In this document: piece by piece, positions 20,801-29,378 of the stretch
Layout of the letters: every line of letters starts with the position of its first letter
How positions within the stretch are numbered: position 1 is the stretch's first letter
Assembly (NCBI GenBank): GCA_965204755.1
Contig: OZ242011.1
Span: forward strand, 2,880,001 to 2,944,000
DNA length: 64,000 nucleotides
Source: Candidatus Marinacidobacterium sp.
GTDB lineage: Bacteria; Acidobacteriota; Vicinamibacteria; Marinacidobacterales; Marinacidobacteraceae
Direction of reading: 5' to 3'
The notes under the pieces: model-generated
What the model saw: the letters and a program-made list of their open reading frames with translations, nothing else
What the model was told of the DNA's origin: nothing
Database searches by the model: none
Made by a program: the position numbers and the translations under genes

Positions 20801-20921
20801 TGTGAACCACCTCGGGACCTTCGGCCGCTGGAACTTCTTGGAACTCCGGAACATCGAGACGATGGAAGGGGACTTCGGGGCGTTCGTGGATTCGGTGACG
20901 ATGCGGCGACAGGCGGCGTAG
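17874..20921 (+). CDS. res: Type III restriction endonuclease Res subunit
   Basis: PILNSPY start, MATGAGKT, DEGHH, MLTEGWDAN, YLPDF...VVEIKG nuclease motif. Confidence 0.92.
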   Translation: MGRTFFDQPILNSPYEVPGRHWKLDSAGQPTDEIVASRRDAEFLSPVPAPKHGPQSQLRLALGDESLSTAEQQYNPYPVINRIRGEVARWRALPEARWRVTPETARLLKHWRHHDFRGHRPFFCQVEAAETAIWLVEVLGVLRPSDAGIPARLRGIRSHLIGANRSANPDLLRLALKMATGAGKTTVMAMLIAWQTVNAVRHPARRNFTRGFLVVTPGIPIRDRLRVLLPNDPGSGYQRRELVPRDMLADLDRARIVVTNYHAFQRRERTPLAKGTRALLRGRGSEPTTRETEGEMLRRVMSGLMGMERILVLNDEGHHCYREKAGASTEGALVAEDRDEAKKNTRKARIWINAIETVRRKITVPMVFDLSATPFFLRGSGYAEGTLFPWTVSDFSLMDAIESGIVKLPRVPVSDDVEPDDLPRLRNLWEHIGKDMPRKGRRKKKPGGDLDPELLPPLLETALHALHSHYRRTFDSWREAGIVTPPVMIVVCNNTATSKLLYDYIAGGERTRNDGTPVFKNGRLESFRNYGEDGSRLARPRTLLIDSEQIESGDVLDKAFREAAKDQIERFRREIVDRTGSREKAEAITDADLLREAVNTVGKPGTLGEDIRCVVSVQMLTEGWDANTVTHILGIRAFGTQLLCEQVVGRSLRRQSYQLNDEGLFDPEYADVLGIPFDFTAKPTVVKPTKPEPVAHVHAVLPEREGLEIRFPHVQGYRQELPDDRLTAEFVSDSKLILTPELVGPARTENRGIVGLPVELRPDWIQGVRPATIAFHLAHDLIRRHLRGAEDEPRLHLFGHARRIARQWLDECLVCRGNTHPGQVLYEQFAATACEKIHAAITPSLGNKRSLAVLDPYNPAGSTTEVNFRTARRDLWRTDEKRSQVNLAVCDSSWERGFCRVVEIHPRVDAYVKNAGLGFEVPYRLAGESRRYLPDFIVRVRDDDGDPVNLVVEIKGLRGEDAKAKAETMRTRWVPGVNHLGTFGRWNFLELRNIETMEGDFGAFVDSVTMRRQAA

Positions 20922-20931
20922 GGGCGGCGAA

Positions 20932-23919
20932 ATGGCGAAGAAGAAGGCAAAGACAACCAGGCGCCGGACGGGAGCCCGGGCCGCCAGGCAGCCGCTCGCC
21001 GTCGAGGCGACGACCCACCGCTCGGCCGAGCGGCTGAACATCCCTACCGCCGAGCACGAATCGCTCGTCAGCGACGACGATCGCGCGCCGATCCCGGTGC
21101 GCTATCCGCGCAACACGGATCTCGACCCGCAACTCGTCTGGCGCGGGAAGGACGAACAGGACGGGTCGGATCTGGTCGTGCCGGCGTCGCCCTTGTACAT
21201 CCAGGAAAAAGTCCAGCCGAAGTCGCTGGTGGACGCCTTGCGGCGCGAAACGAGAGTTCGCCGTGAAGAGACCGAAGGCCAAGAACGGCACCCATCCCTG
21301 TTCAGTGACTTCAATGGCCTGCCAGAAGGCGCCGAAAAGACGGAGTTCTATCGGCACCGAAACAACTGGTCGAACCGCCTGATCCTCGGTGATTCACTGC
21401 GCGTGATGGCGAGCCTCGCCGAGCGCGAAAAACTTCGCGGGAAGGTGCAGTGCATCTACATCGATCCGCCTTACGGCATCAAGTTCAACTCCAACTTCCA
21501 ATGGTCTACTACTAGCCGAGTCGCGGACGACGAGAAGTCGGAGCACATCACACGCGAACCGGAGCAGGTGAAGGCATACCGTGACACTTGGCGCGACGGT
21601 ATCCATTCCTACCTGACTTACCTACGCGATCGGCTCACGACGGCCCGAGATCTCCTGACGGCGAGCGGCAGCATTTTTGTCCAGATCGGCGACGAGAATG
21701 TGCATCGAGTCCGCGCCGTGATGGATGAAGTCTTCGGTCCCGAGAACTTCTGCGCGCTTATCCCGTTTCAGAAAACGGCCGGAGGTTCGACGAAGTTCAT
21801 TCGAGCCGATCTCGATTACCTGCTGTGGTACGGACGAGATGCCCCCTCTCTGAAGTACCGACCGATGCTCGTGCCGAAAGACTTCTCGGAACTCAAGAGT
21901 TACAAGTACGAGACGGACGATGTGTTCTTGAATGTGCGCCCCCTACGCAAGGAGAGCGGGCGGACCGTGCCTGAAGAGAACCGCGTCCAGATCAGTTTCC
22001 TCGGATCGGGAGATCCGGGACGGCCCGAAGAGCGTTTGTACTCTTTCGAAGGTATGGAGTTCGATGTCAAGGCACATCGGCACTGGAAGACATCGAATCC
22101 GAAAGGGTTGGATCGACTGGCGTGCGCTTCTCGCATACACGCAGTGGGTACTCAACTGAACTACAAGCGCAGAGCCGGCGACTCGTATTACACCGACTTG
22201 GGCGTTCCGTGGACTGATGTGGGGAGCGCTGGCTTCAATACGATGGACCCAAAGGTCTATGTCGTTCAGACGGACGTGACGGTGATCCAGCGATGCCTAC
22301 TGATGACGACCGATCCGGGCGATCTCGTCCTCGATCCAACCTGCGGGGCCGGAACGACGGCGTATGTCGCCGAGCAATGGGGACGTCGCTGGCTCACGAT
22401 CGACACTTCGCGTGTCGCGCTGGCCCTAGCCCGGGCGAGAATCATGGGGGCACGGTATCCGTACTATGTGCTCGTCGACAGTCATGAGGGGCAACTTGAG
22501 GAAGCGCGCCTGTCGGGATCCGCTCCGCGAACCGGCGCGGTCCACGGGGACATCCGACAGGGCTTCGTGCACAGACGTGCTACGCACATCACACTCAAAG
22601 CCATCGCCAACAACGCGGAAATCGACGCCATTTGGAAGCAGCGGCAGCCTGCTGTGGAGGACGCTCTAGCTGCGCTAAACAAAGCCTTGTCCGGACACCG
22701 GGTGCCACTGCTCATTACTCGGGGTGCCCGAAAACGGCAGACCGTGGACTTCGTGGGGCCTGCGGGCGCGACTGTACCGCTAGCCAACGGCGACCCGGCA
22801 CCGGCGCATGGCCTATTGGAATGGGAGGTTCCGCGCGAGGCCCCAGGGGACTGGCCGCCGGTAGCGGAAACCGCGCTCGCTGTCTTTTGGGAGGCGCGCC
22901 TCACTCGTCAGAAGGAGATTGACGCGTCCATTGGTCGGTCGGTTGACCAGAAGTTGCTGTACGATCGACCGGTCGAAGATGACTCGACGGTGCGGGTCGC
23001 CGGGCCATTTACCGTGGAGAGTCTTTCGCCCTACCGGACCTTGGCGGTGGACGAACAGGACGAATTGATCCTCCGTGCCGCGGAACCCCGCGCCCCGTAC
23101 GGAGTAGGGGAGTTCGGGGACTTCGCTACCATGGTCATCGAGCATCTCTGGTCCGCCGGAGTCCAACAGTCACGCAGGAAGGATCGGATCGAGTTCACTT
23201 CCGTGACTCCTTGGCCGGGGCGACACCTCGCCGCGGAGGCACGCTGGAGTGAGGGGAAGCGCGAGCGTCGCGCCGGAGTTCTCATCGGCCCCGAATTCGG
23301 AACGGTCTCGCGGCCGGATCTCGTCGACGCTGCGCGCGAGGCCGTTGAGGCCGGGTTCGACGCTGTCGTCTCTTGCGCGTTTGCCTACGACGCCCACTCC
23401 GCGGATTTGGTTAGACTTGGCGCCGTTCGGATCCTAAAGGCGCGCATGAACGCGGATCTCCACATGGCCGCTGACCTCAAGAACACGGGCAAGGGGAACC
23501 TGTTCGTCATCTTTGGCGAGCCGGACATCGAGATCGAATCCGTGGGCCGAAGGGAAGGAGACACCGACGAGGAAGCGAGCGTGGAGCTGGTCCGGGTGCG
23601 CCTCAGTGGCGTGGATGTCTTCGATCCACAGACGGGCGAGATCCGCAGCGACGACCCGAAGGACATCGCTTGCTGGTTCTTGGACACCGAGTACGACGGT
23701 GAGAGTTTCTTCGTCCGCCACGCCTACTTCCCCGGCGCAGTTTCCGACCCCTACAAGGCCCTCAAGACCACCCTGAGGGCCGAGATAGACAAAGATGCTT
23801 GGCAGAGCCTCCGCCGCCAAGTTTCCCGCCCCTTCCCGAAACCCGCCTCCGGACGCATCGCCGTCAAGGTCATCAACCACCTCGGCGACGAAGTCATGAA
23901 GGTCTTCCGCATCCAATGA
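20932..23919 (+). CDS. mod: Type III DNA adenine methyltransferase Mod subunit
   Basis: YIDPPYG (motif IV) before LDPTCGAGTT (motif I), C-terminal IAVKVIN; follows res. Confidence 0.92.
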   Translation: MAKKKAKTTRRRTGARAARQPLAVEATTHRSAERLNIPTAEHESLVSDDDRAPIPVRYPRNTDLDPQLVWRGKDEQDGSDLVVPASPLYIQEKVQPKSLVDALRRETRVRREETEGQERHPSLFSDFNGLPEGAEKTEFYRHRNNWSNRLILGDSLRVMASLAEREKLRGKVQCIYIDPPYGIKFNSNFQWSTTSRVADDEKSEHITREPEQVKAYRDTWRDGIHSYLTYLRDRLTTARDLLTASGSIFVQIGDENVHRVRAVMDEVFGPENFCALIPFQKTAGGSTKFIRADLDYLLWYGRDAPSLKYRPMLVPKDFSELKSYKYETDDVFLNVRPLRKESGRTVPEENRVQISFLGSGDPGRPEERLYSFEGMEFDVKAHRHWKTSNPKGLDRLACASRIHAVGTQLNYKRRAGDSYYTDLGVPWTDVGSAGFNTMDPKVYVVQTDVTVIQRCLLMTTDPGDLVLDPTCGAGTTAYVAEQWGRRWLTIDTSRVALALARARIMGARYPYYVLVDSHEGQLEEARLSGSAPRTGAVHGDIRQGFVHRRATHITLKAIANNAEIDAIWKQRQPAVEDALAALNKALSGHRVPLLITRGARKRQTVDFVGPAGATVPLANGDPAPAHGLLEWEVPREAPGDWPPVAETALAVFWEARLTRQKEIDASIGRSVDQKLLYDRPVEDDSTVRVAGPFTVESLSPYRTLAVDEQDELILRAAEPRAPYGVGEFGDFATMVIEHLWSAGVQQSRRKDRIEFTSVTPWPGRHLAAEARWSEGKRERRAGVLIGPEFGTVSRPDLVDAAREAVEAGFDAVVSCAFAYDAHSADLVRLGAVRILKARMNADLHMAADLKNTGKGNLFVIFGEPDIEIESVGRREGDTDEEASVELVRVRLSGVDVFDPQTGEIRSDDPKDIACWFLDTEYDGESFFVRHAYFPGAVSDPYKALKTTLRAEIDKDAWQSLRRQVSRPFPKPASGRIAVKVINHLGDEVMKVFRIQ

Positions 23920-26213
23920 CAACGGTGCCGCAGCCGTTCCGCGTTAGCGTCGGCCTCAAGGACCTCATCGGTCGCGACCTCATTACGGACGACTTCGTCG
24001 CGGTATTCGAATTGGTCAAGAATTCCTTCGACGCCCACGCGACCGAAGTCAACCTGACCTTTGAAGAGGACGAGATCACCATAGCCGACAACGGCAAGGG
24101 CATGTCGCGGGAGGCGATCCTCGACAAGTGGATGGTCGTCGCGTACTCGGCCAAGAGGGACGGCACCGAGGACGATGACTACCGTCACGCACTGTCGGCG
24201 CGAAAACAGCCCTTCGCCGGCGACAAGGGAATCGGTCGGTTCTCCTGCGACCGGCTGGGTGAGCGCCTGACCCTCAGTTCCCGTTCCGAGTCCCGCTTGG
24301 TCCAGATCGTGACCGTCGATTGGACGCGCTACGAGAAGGCGCCGAGAGACGACTTCGACTCCGTTACCGTCGAGATCACCGAAGCGGCGGACTTTCCGGA
24401 CGCGTCTCCGCCGGCCGATGGCCTGACGGGCACCGTTTTGCGAATCACGGGACTGCGCGCCACCTGGGATCGGGACCGGCTCCTGCGACTCCGGCGCGGT
24501 CTCGAAAAACTCATCAATCCGTTCGACACCACTCGAACGGCTTTCCGGATCCACATCGCGGCGCCTTCGGAACGGCGCCGCGACAACGCCCACCGCCGGC
24601 GTTCCGACAAGAGATCCGATCGCGTGAACGGTCCCGTGGAGAACCGACTCCTGGATGTCCTCAAGAACAAGACCACCCAAGTCCGGGTGGCCATCTCCAA
24701 GGAACACAACTCCGTGGAGACGGTCCTGGAGGATCGCGGCAAGGTCGTCTATCGGATCCGGGAGCCCAATGTCCACGAGCGCCTCCGCCCGGCGAATGTG
24801 CGCGCGGACATCTACTACTTGAACCTTAGCGCCAAGACGACCTTCAAGCGCCGTATGGGCGTACGCAGCGCAAAATTCGGTTCCATCTTCCTTTTCCGCA
24901 ACGGCTTCCGGATGTTCCCGATCGGGGAGGAACACGACGACTTCTTCGGTCTTGCGTGGCGAAAGCAGCAGGGCGTGCGCCGCTTCCTGGGAACTCGCGA
25001 CATTATCGGTCGCGTCGATGTCGACGGCATCCCCGGGTTCGACGAGTCGACGAGTCGGGACCAAGGGCTGATCCGCACGCCCGAGGTGTCGGACCTAGTC
25101 GAGTTCGTAGTGCGCAAGTGCGTGCGACGGCTGGAGCGCTATGTTGTGGATGTCACTTGGGCAGACCCCGCAGACAAGGACGAAGCGGACACTTCCCGCG
25201 TCTCTCGCGATGAAGGCCGCGCGCGGGTTGCGACCCTGGTGGCGCGGTTGTCCGAGACGAAGGATGTGGAGATCGTCGAGTACAACCGGCATCTCGTCAG
25301 AATCGTCGACCAGAAGTCGTCGGCCTTCGAGTCGTCGCTTCGCGCCCTGTCGGTCCTGGCGGAGAAGACCGGCGACGCCGGGCTGGTTCGGGGCGCGGAG
25401 GCGGCGACTGCCGAGTTCAAGAAACTGCGGGAGAGAGCCATTGCAACCCAGGAAGACGCGGAGGCGGCGGCGCGCGCGGCGACCGGACGGTATGAGAGGG
25501 AGCGGGCGCGCAACCGGTTCCTGGAGGCGGCGCAGTCGCTGGACGAGGAAACCATCCTGAATCTGCACCACCAGATCATGGTGCACGCGACCGATGTGCA
25601 ACTGTGGGTCCGGCGGATGATGGGCAGGCTGCGGAAGAAGGACACGATCGCGGATTCCGACTGGGTGGACTTCCTGGAGGCCGTCGCGTTCGAGAATCGG
25701 CAGATCCTGACGGCGGCGCGGTTCGCCACGAAGAGCGGGTACCGGGCGGGTATCCAGGAATCGGACGATGACCTGGCCGGATACATCGCGGACTACATCG
25801 AGACGGTGGCCGGGCTCTGGGCCCCGAGGGGCATCGGCGTGAAATGTCGGAGTGACGGGAAACGGTTCGGGAGGCCGTTTCGGCCGATCGATGTCGGCGT
25901 CGTGATCGACAATCTCGTCAGCAACGCGGCCAAGGCCAATGCGCGAACCGTACTCTTCGCCCTCGATGTCGCGGGGAAGGGGAGCCCGCGTCTCACGGTG
26001 TCGATCGCGGACGACGGCGACGGATGGCCGATGGCTCTCGGAGAGGTGGGCGATGTGTTTGAGAAGGGGCTGACGACGACGGATGGTTCGGGTCTCGGAC
26101 TGTTCCATGTGGCGCAGGTGATCGAGGCCATGGGTGGTACGATCCGGGCCCAGCGGAGTCCCTACTCGAAGAATTTCAAGGGCGCCCACCTGACGATCGG
26201 AGTGGGAACATGA
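23916..26213 (+). CDS. MORC-like GHKL ATPase fused to a histidine kinase module
   Basis: N-terminal ELVKNSFDA/DNGKGM/GDKGIGRFS; putative H-box NLHHQI; C-terminal DNLVSNA/DDGDG/GSGLGLF; ATGA overlap with mod. Confidence 0.85.
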   Translation: MTTVPQPFRVSVGLKDLIGRDLITDDFVAVFELVKNSFDAHATEVNLTFEEDEITIADNGKGMSREAILDKWMVVAYSAKRDGTEDDDYRHALSARKQPFAGDKGIGRFSCDRLGERLTLSSRSESRLVQIVTVDWTRYEKAPRDDFDSVTVEITEAADFPDASPPADGLTGTVLRITGLRATWDRDRLLRLRRGLEKLINPFDTTRTAFRIHIAAPSERRRDNAHRRRSDKRSDRVNGPVENRLLDVLKNKTTQVRVAISKEHNSVETVLEDRGKVVYRIREPNVHERLRPANVRADIYYLNLSAKTTFKRRMGVRSAKFGSIFLFRNGFRMFPIGEEHDDFFGLAWRKQQGVRRFLGTRDIIGRVDVDGIPGFDESTSRDQGLIRTPEVSDLVEFVVRKCVRRLERYVVDVTWADPADKDEADTSRVSRDEGRARVATLVARLSETKDVEIVEYNRHLVRIVDQKSSAFESSLRALSVLAEKTGDAGLVRGAEAATAEFKKLRERAIATQEDAEAAARAATGRYERERARNRFLEAAQSLDEETILNLHHQIMVHATDVQLWVRRMMGRLRKKDTIADSDWVDFLEAVAFENRQILTAARFATKSGYRAGIQESDDDLAGYIADYIETVAGLWAPRGIGVKCRSDGKRFGRPFRPIDVGVVIDNLVSNAAKANARTVLFALDVAGKGSPRLTVSIADDGDGWPMALGEVGDVFEKGLTTTDGSGLGLFHVAQVIEAMGGTIRAQRSPYSKNFKGAHLTIGVGT

Positions 26214-27181
26214 GGCTCGACTTCCGACTCTTGGTGGTCGATGACAACACGAGAGGGATCGGGATCGCTCTCTCGACTCTCCGGGACTACCTGGAGATGA
26301 TGGGATATGAACTCGTGCCGGACGTGCTGACCCGTTGCGGTCCGGAGGAGGTGGGTAAACTGCAGGAAGACGGGAGGAAATTCGATCTCGTGATGGTGGA
26401 TTACGATCTGGGGCCGGGGACGAAGGAGGACGGCGTCGATGTCGTGAGTGCTCTTCGGGGCATCATGAAGTACACGGAGACGGTGTTCTATTCGGTCTCC
26501 CCACCGAGGGATCTGTACAAGAAGATCGCGGAGAGGGACATCCAGGGAGTGTTCGTCGCAGAACGCGAGGGCCTCCCCGAAGTGCTCCGAGGGTTGGCCG
26601 AGATCGTGATCCGCAAGGCGGTCGATCTGACGCATACACGCGGGCTGGCGATGGCGGAAGGAGCGGCGATGGAGGCGCTGATGCTACGGACGATCCGGAG
26701 CGCGTTGGATGGGGCGCGGAACCTGTGCGTGGAGAGTGCCACCGCGAAGGCGGGGGAGCGTCTTCGGAAGGCAAAAAAGGGGGCGGTGAAGAAGTTGAAG
26801 GGGAAACTCCGGGACAAGGGCTTCCCGGGAGTCCTGGACGACCGGTTGTTCGATGCTCATCACCGGTGGAGGACGATTCTGGCGCTGGCGAAATGCCTTC
26901 CGGAGGAACCGGACGGCCATCTGGACACGGTGAAGCGCTATGACCGGCTCGTCACGAGACGAAACCGATTGGCGCACGGGGCCGAAGAGGCGACCGAACA
27001 GGAGGTCGTGACGCTATTGATGGACGGCGTGGCTTCCGACTTCGCCGGAAGTAGCGATGACGCGATGGCGGATTTTCGGCGAGACCTTCGAAGGCATCGT
27101 GAAGCGATGGAGGCCGTCTGTCGCGCCATTGATGCCGAGTTCGGTGGAGCGGGCGGGTCGAAAGAAACGAAGAAACCGTAG
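26210..27181 (+). CDS. Receiver-domain protein with putative C-terminal HEPN-like domain
   Basis: LLVVDD, VMVDYDL, FYS receiver motifs; RNRLAH at 26960-26977; ATGA overlap with the kinase. Confidence 0.75.
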   Translation: MRLDFRLLVVDDNTRGIGIALSTLRDYLEMMGYELVPDVLTRCGPEEVGKLQEDGRKFDLVMVDYDLGPGTKEDGVDVVSALRGIMKYTETVFYSVSPPRDLYKKIAERDIQGVFVAEREGLPEVLRGLAEIVIRKAVDLTHTRGLAMAEGAAMEALMLRTIRSALDGARNLCVESATAKAGERLRKAKKGAVKKLKGKLRDKGFPGVLDDRLFDAHHRWRTILALAKCLPEEPDGHLDTVKRYDRLVTRRNRLAHGAEEATEQEVVTLLMDGVASDFAGSSDDAMADFRRDLRRHREAMEAVCRAIDAEFGGAGGSKETKKP

Positions 27182-28435
27182 TCCGAACTGCTCTGCTAGG
27201 AGCGGCGGGATCGCATTGGCGACCTGCGTGAACTGGGGCACTTGTCGGCGTCTTTGGGGGCCACCGGTGGTGTAGTTCCCCTTGAAGACGAACCAATCGG
27301 GAAACGATTGGAGGCGGGCGGTCTCGCGCACGGTCAGCGTGCGGGGCTCCGAGTAGTGGAGGAGGTCGTCGGGGAGGCTCGTGATCGTGGGGGCGGGGCG
27401 ATGCGGATCGAGAACACGGACGGTCGCTTTGCGAAGTCCGTGCGCGGCGCGGATGTTTGCGGGGACAGTGATCCGGTGGCCGTCTTCCCAGGAGTAGCGC
27501 AGGAGCGCTTGGAAGCGCTGCCTGATGTGCGGGCGGTGGCGCGCCAGGCGTGTCCCGGTAGGTGGCCCCTGGTGACCGTCGCGCATAATCCGCTGGTAGG
27601 CGTTACGAGGCGGGAGGTAGCCGATGGCTTCGAATCCCTTGCTGTCGGGCGAAGGGACCGTGCCGTTGCGGCGGCTCTCGAGATCGCTGAGGGCGTCCTT
27701 CGCCGTGGGGTGTTGCGGCAGTCCCCGGGCGAGGAGGAACGCCGGGGCTTCGGCCGTCATATCACGGAAGAGGGAGACAACAAGGGCGGCGTTCCCAGTG
27801 TCGCGACGGGCGCCGACGAGGAAGAAGCGGGGACGGGCTTGGGGAACGCCGTAGTCGTCGGCCCGGAGGACGGCGGTCGCCAAGTCGTAGTCTCCACTGA
27901 GGCCCTCAGCGAGTGCGGCAGCGAAGTTCGTGACTGCCGGGTCGTCGGATCCGCGGAAGTCGTGCCTGAACCCCAAGACATTCTCCAAGAGCACCAAGCG
28001 CGGCCGGACGAGTTCGACGAGTTGGAGATAGGCCTCGAACAGGAAATTGCGCGAGTCGCGCGCGTCGCGTCGGCCCGCGTGGGAGAAACCCTGACACGGC
28101 GGCCCTCCCGCGAGGAGGTCCACTTGGCCGGCGAAGTCGGCCAACTCTTCGGCACGCGTCGAGAGCAACTCGCGTATGTCCCAAGGTCGCTTCGCGATGC
28201 GGGCAGGCCAGGCGTAGGAGAATCGGCTGCCTTCGGACAGGAAGTTCGCGGACAGGGTTTCGAACGCGAAGGGATCCTTCTCGATCGCCAGGAGGCCGCG
28301 CCAGCCGGCTCGCATGAGACCGAGGCTCAGCCCGCCACAGCCGGCGAAGGCATCGATGAAGGTGGGCATCGAGTCCGTCCGGGGTGGAACAGGGCGGCCC
28401 TTCGTGCCGTTCGCGCGGCGTGACGGCCGGTTCAT
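27014..28435 (-). CDS. dcm: DNA (cytosine-5)-methyltransferase
   Basis: FAGCGG, GGPPCQGFS, LENV, QARPR, RLQSFPD, QVANAIPP; start 28435 (ATGA overlap with vsr) or 28369. Confidence 0.93.
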   Translation of the reverse strand: MNRPSRRANGTKGRPVPPRTDSMPTFIDAFAGCGGLSLGLMRAGWRGLLAIEKDPFAFETLSANFLSEGSRFSYAWPARIAKRPWDIRELLSTRAEELADFAGQVDLLAGGPPCQGFSHAGRRDARDSRNFLFEAYLQLVELVRPRLVLLENVLGFRHDFRGSDDPAVTNFAAALAEGLSGDYDLATAVLRADDYGVPQARPRFFLVGARRDTGNAALVVSLFRDMTAEAPAFLLARGLPQHPTAKDALSDLESRRNGTVPSPDSKGFEAIGYLPPRNAYQRIMRDGHQGPPTGTRLARHRPHIRQRFQALLRYSWEDGHRITVPANIRAAHGLRKATVRVLDPHRPAPTITSLPDDLLHYSEPRTLTVRETARLQSFPDWFVFKGNYTTGGPQRRRQVPQFTQVANAIPPLLAEQFGLRFLRFFRPARSTELGINGATDGLHRFTMPSKVSPKIRHRVIATSGEVGSHAVHQ

Positions 28436-28899
28436 TCCGTGACCTCCGGGCTTCGCGAGTCGAGCGAAGTCCTATCGGACACCGGTGGTTCCGGTTCGAC
28501 CAAACCGGCGAGCCGCACGCGGACAGCGTCCTCGTTCCCGGTTTCGCACTCCCAGATGACGCCGACGCGCCATCCGAGTTCGCGGAGCGACTCGATATTC
28601 CGACGATCCCGGGCCACATTCTTGGCGAACTTGTCCACCCAGAAGGCCACGCGGGACTTCGGTACATGGGCGAAGCGGCAGCCGTCGTGCTGATGCCAGA
28701 AGCAACCGTGGACGAATACGGCGAGTCGATGCCGGGAGAAGACGAGATCGGGCCGGCCGGGCAAGTCCTTCCGATGCAGGCGGAACCGGAGCCCCATCCG
28801 GTGCGCGATGCGGCGAACCGAGAGTTCCGGCGCGGTGTCCCGCGTCCGGATCCCGGCCATCAACTCGCTCCGTCTCCGGGCGTCCACGATGTCGGTCAT
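28432..28899 (-). CDS. vsr: Very short patch repair endonuclease
   Basis: RSELMAGIRTRDTAPE, LPGRPDLVF, FVHGCFWHQH, VIWECE. Confidence 0.95.
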   Translation of the reverse strand: MTDIVDARRRSELMAGIRTRDTAPELSVRRIAHRMGLRFRLHRKDLPGRPDLVFSRHRLAVFVHGCFWHQHDGCRFAHVPKSRVAFWVDKFAKNVARDRRNIESLRELGWRVGVIWECETGNEDAVRVRLAGLVEPEPPVSDRTSLDSRSPEVTE

Positions 28900-29378
28900 G
28901 GCAAGGCCCGGCAGGCCGAGGCCGCGACAGGCCGTCGGGTCGGGGATGCGGCTCCGCCCGTTGCCGAAACGGGCACCCGGCGCACGGTTGGGGAGCCTCG
29001 CGGGACAACTGGCTTCCTCCGAGTCTGGCCGCCGGTTACGAAGCGCCCGGGGGCGGGCAGTGAGTCTTCCACGCGGATAGATCAGAAGTTGTCGCCGCCC
29101 GGATGTCGTCTCGGGCCGTCCGCTTGCCGCTCGACCGCGAGGTTCGCCACCTTGGGCTGAGGTCGGCGCGCCGCCGACAACGAGGGGATGGCCGGGAGTT
29201 TCCCGGATGTAACCCGTGGCGGTCAACTCTCGCCGGCGTCCTCCGGGTGCGGCGGGAGCGGCCGGAGTGGACAACCGAGCGATGGAGGAGGCGCCGCGTG
29301 AGGAGGAGTGGACGACGCCGTGCCGATGCAAGCGACGCCCCGGAGCCGTCGAGCGCGGGTCTCTACAATCTGGGCGTT

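Noticed and set aside
28900-29360. Structured ncRNA or antitoxin ORF between vsr and CapRel
   Set aside because: No recognisable motif, repeat or coding-like ORF by eye.
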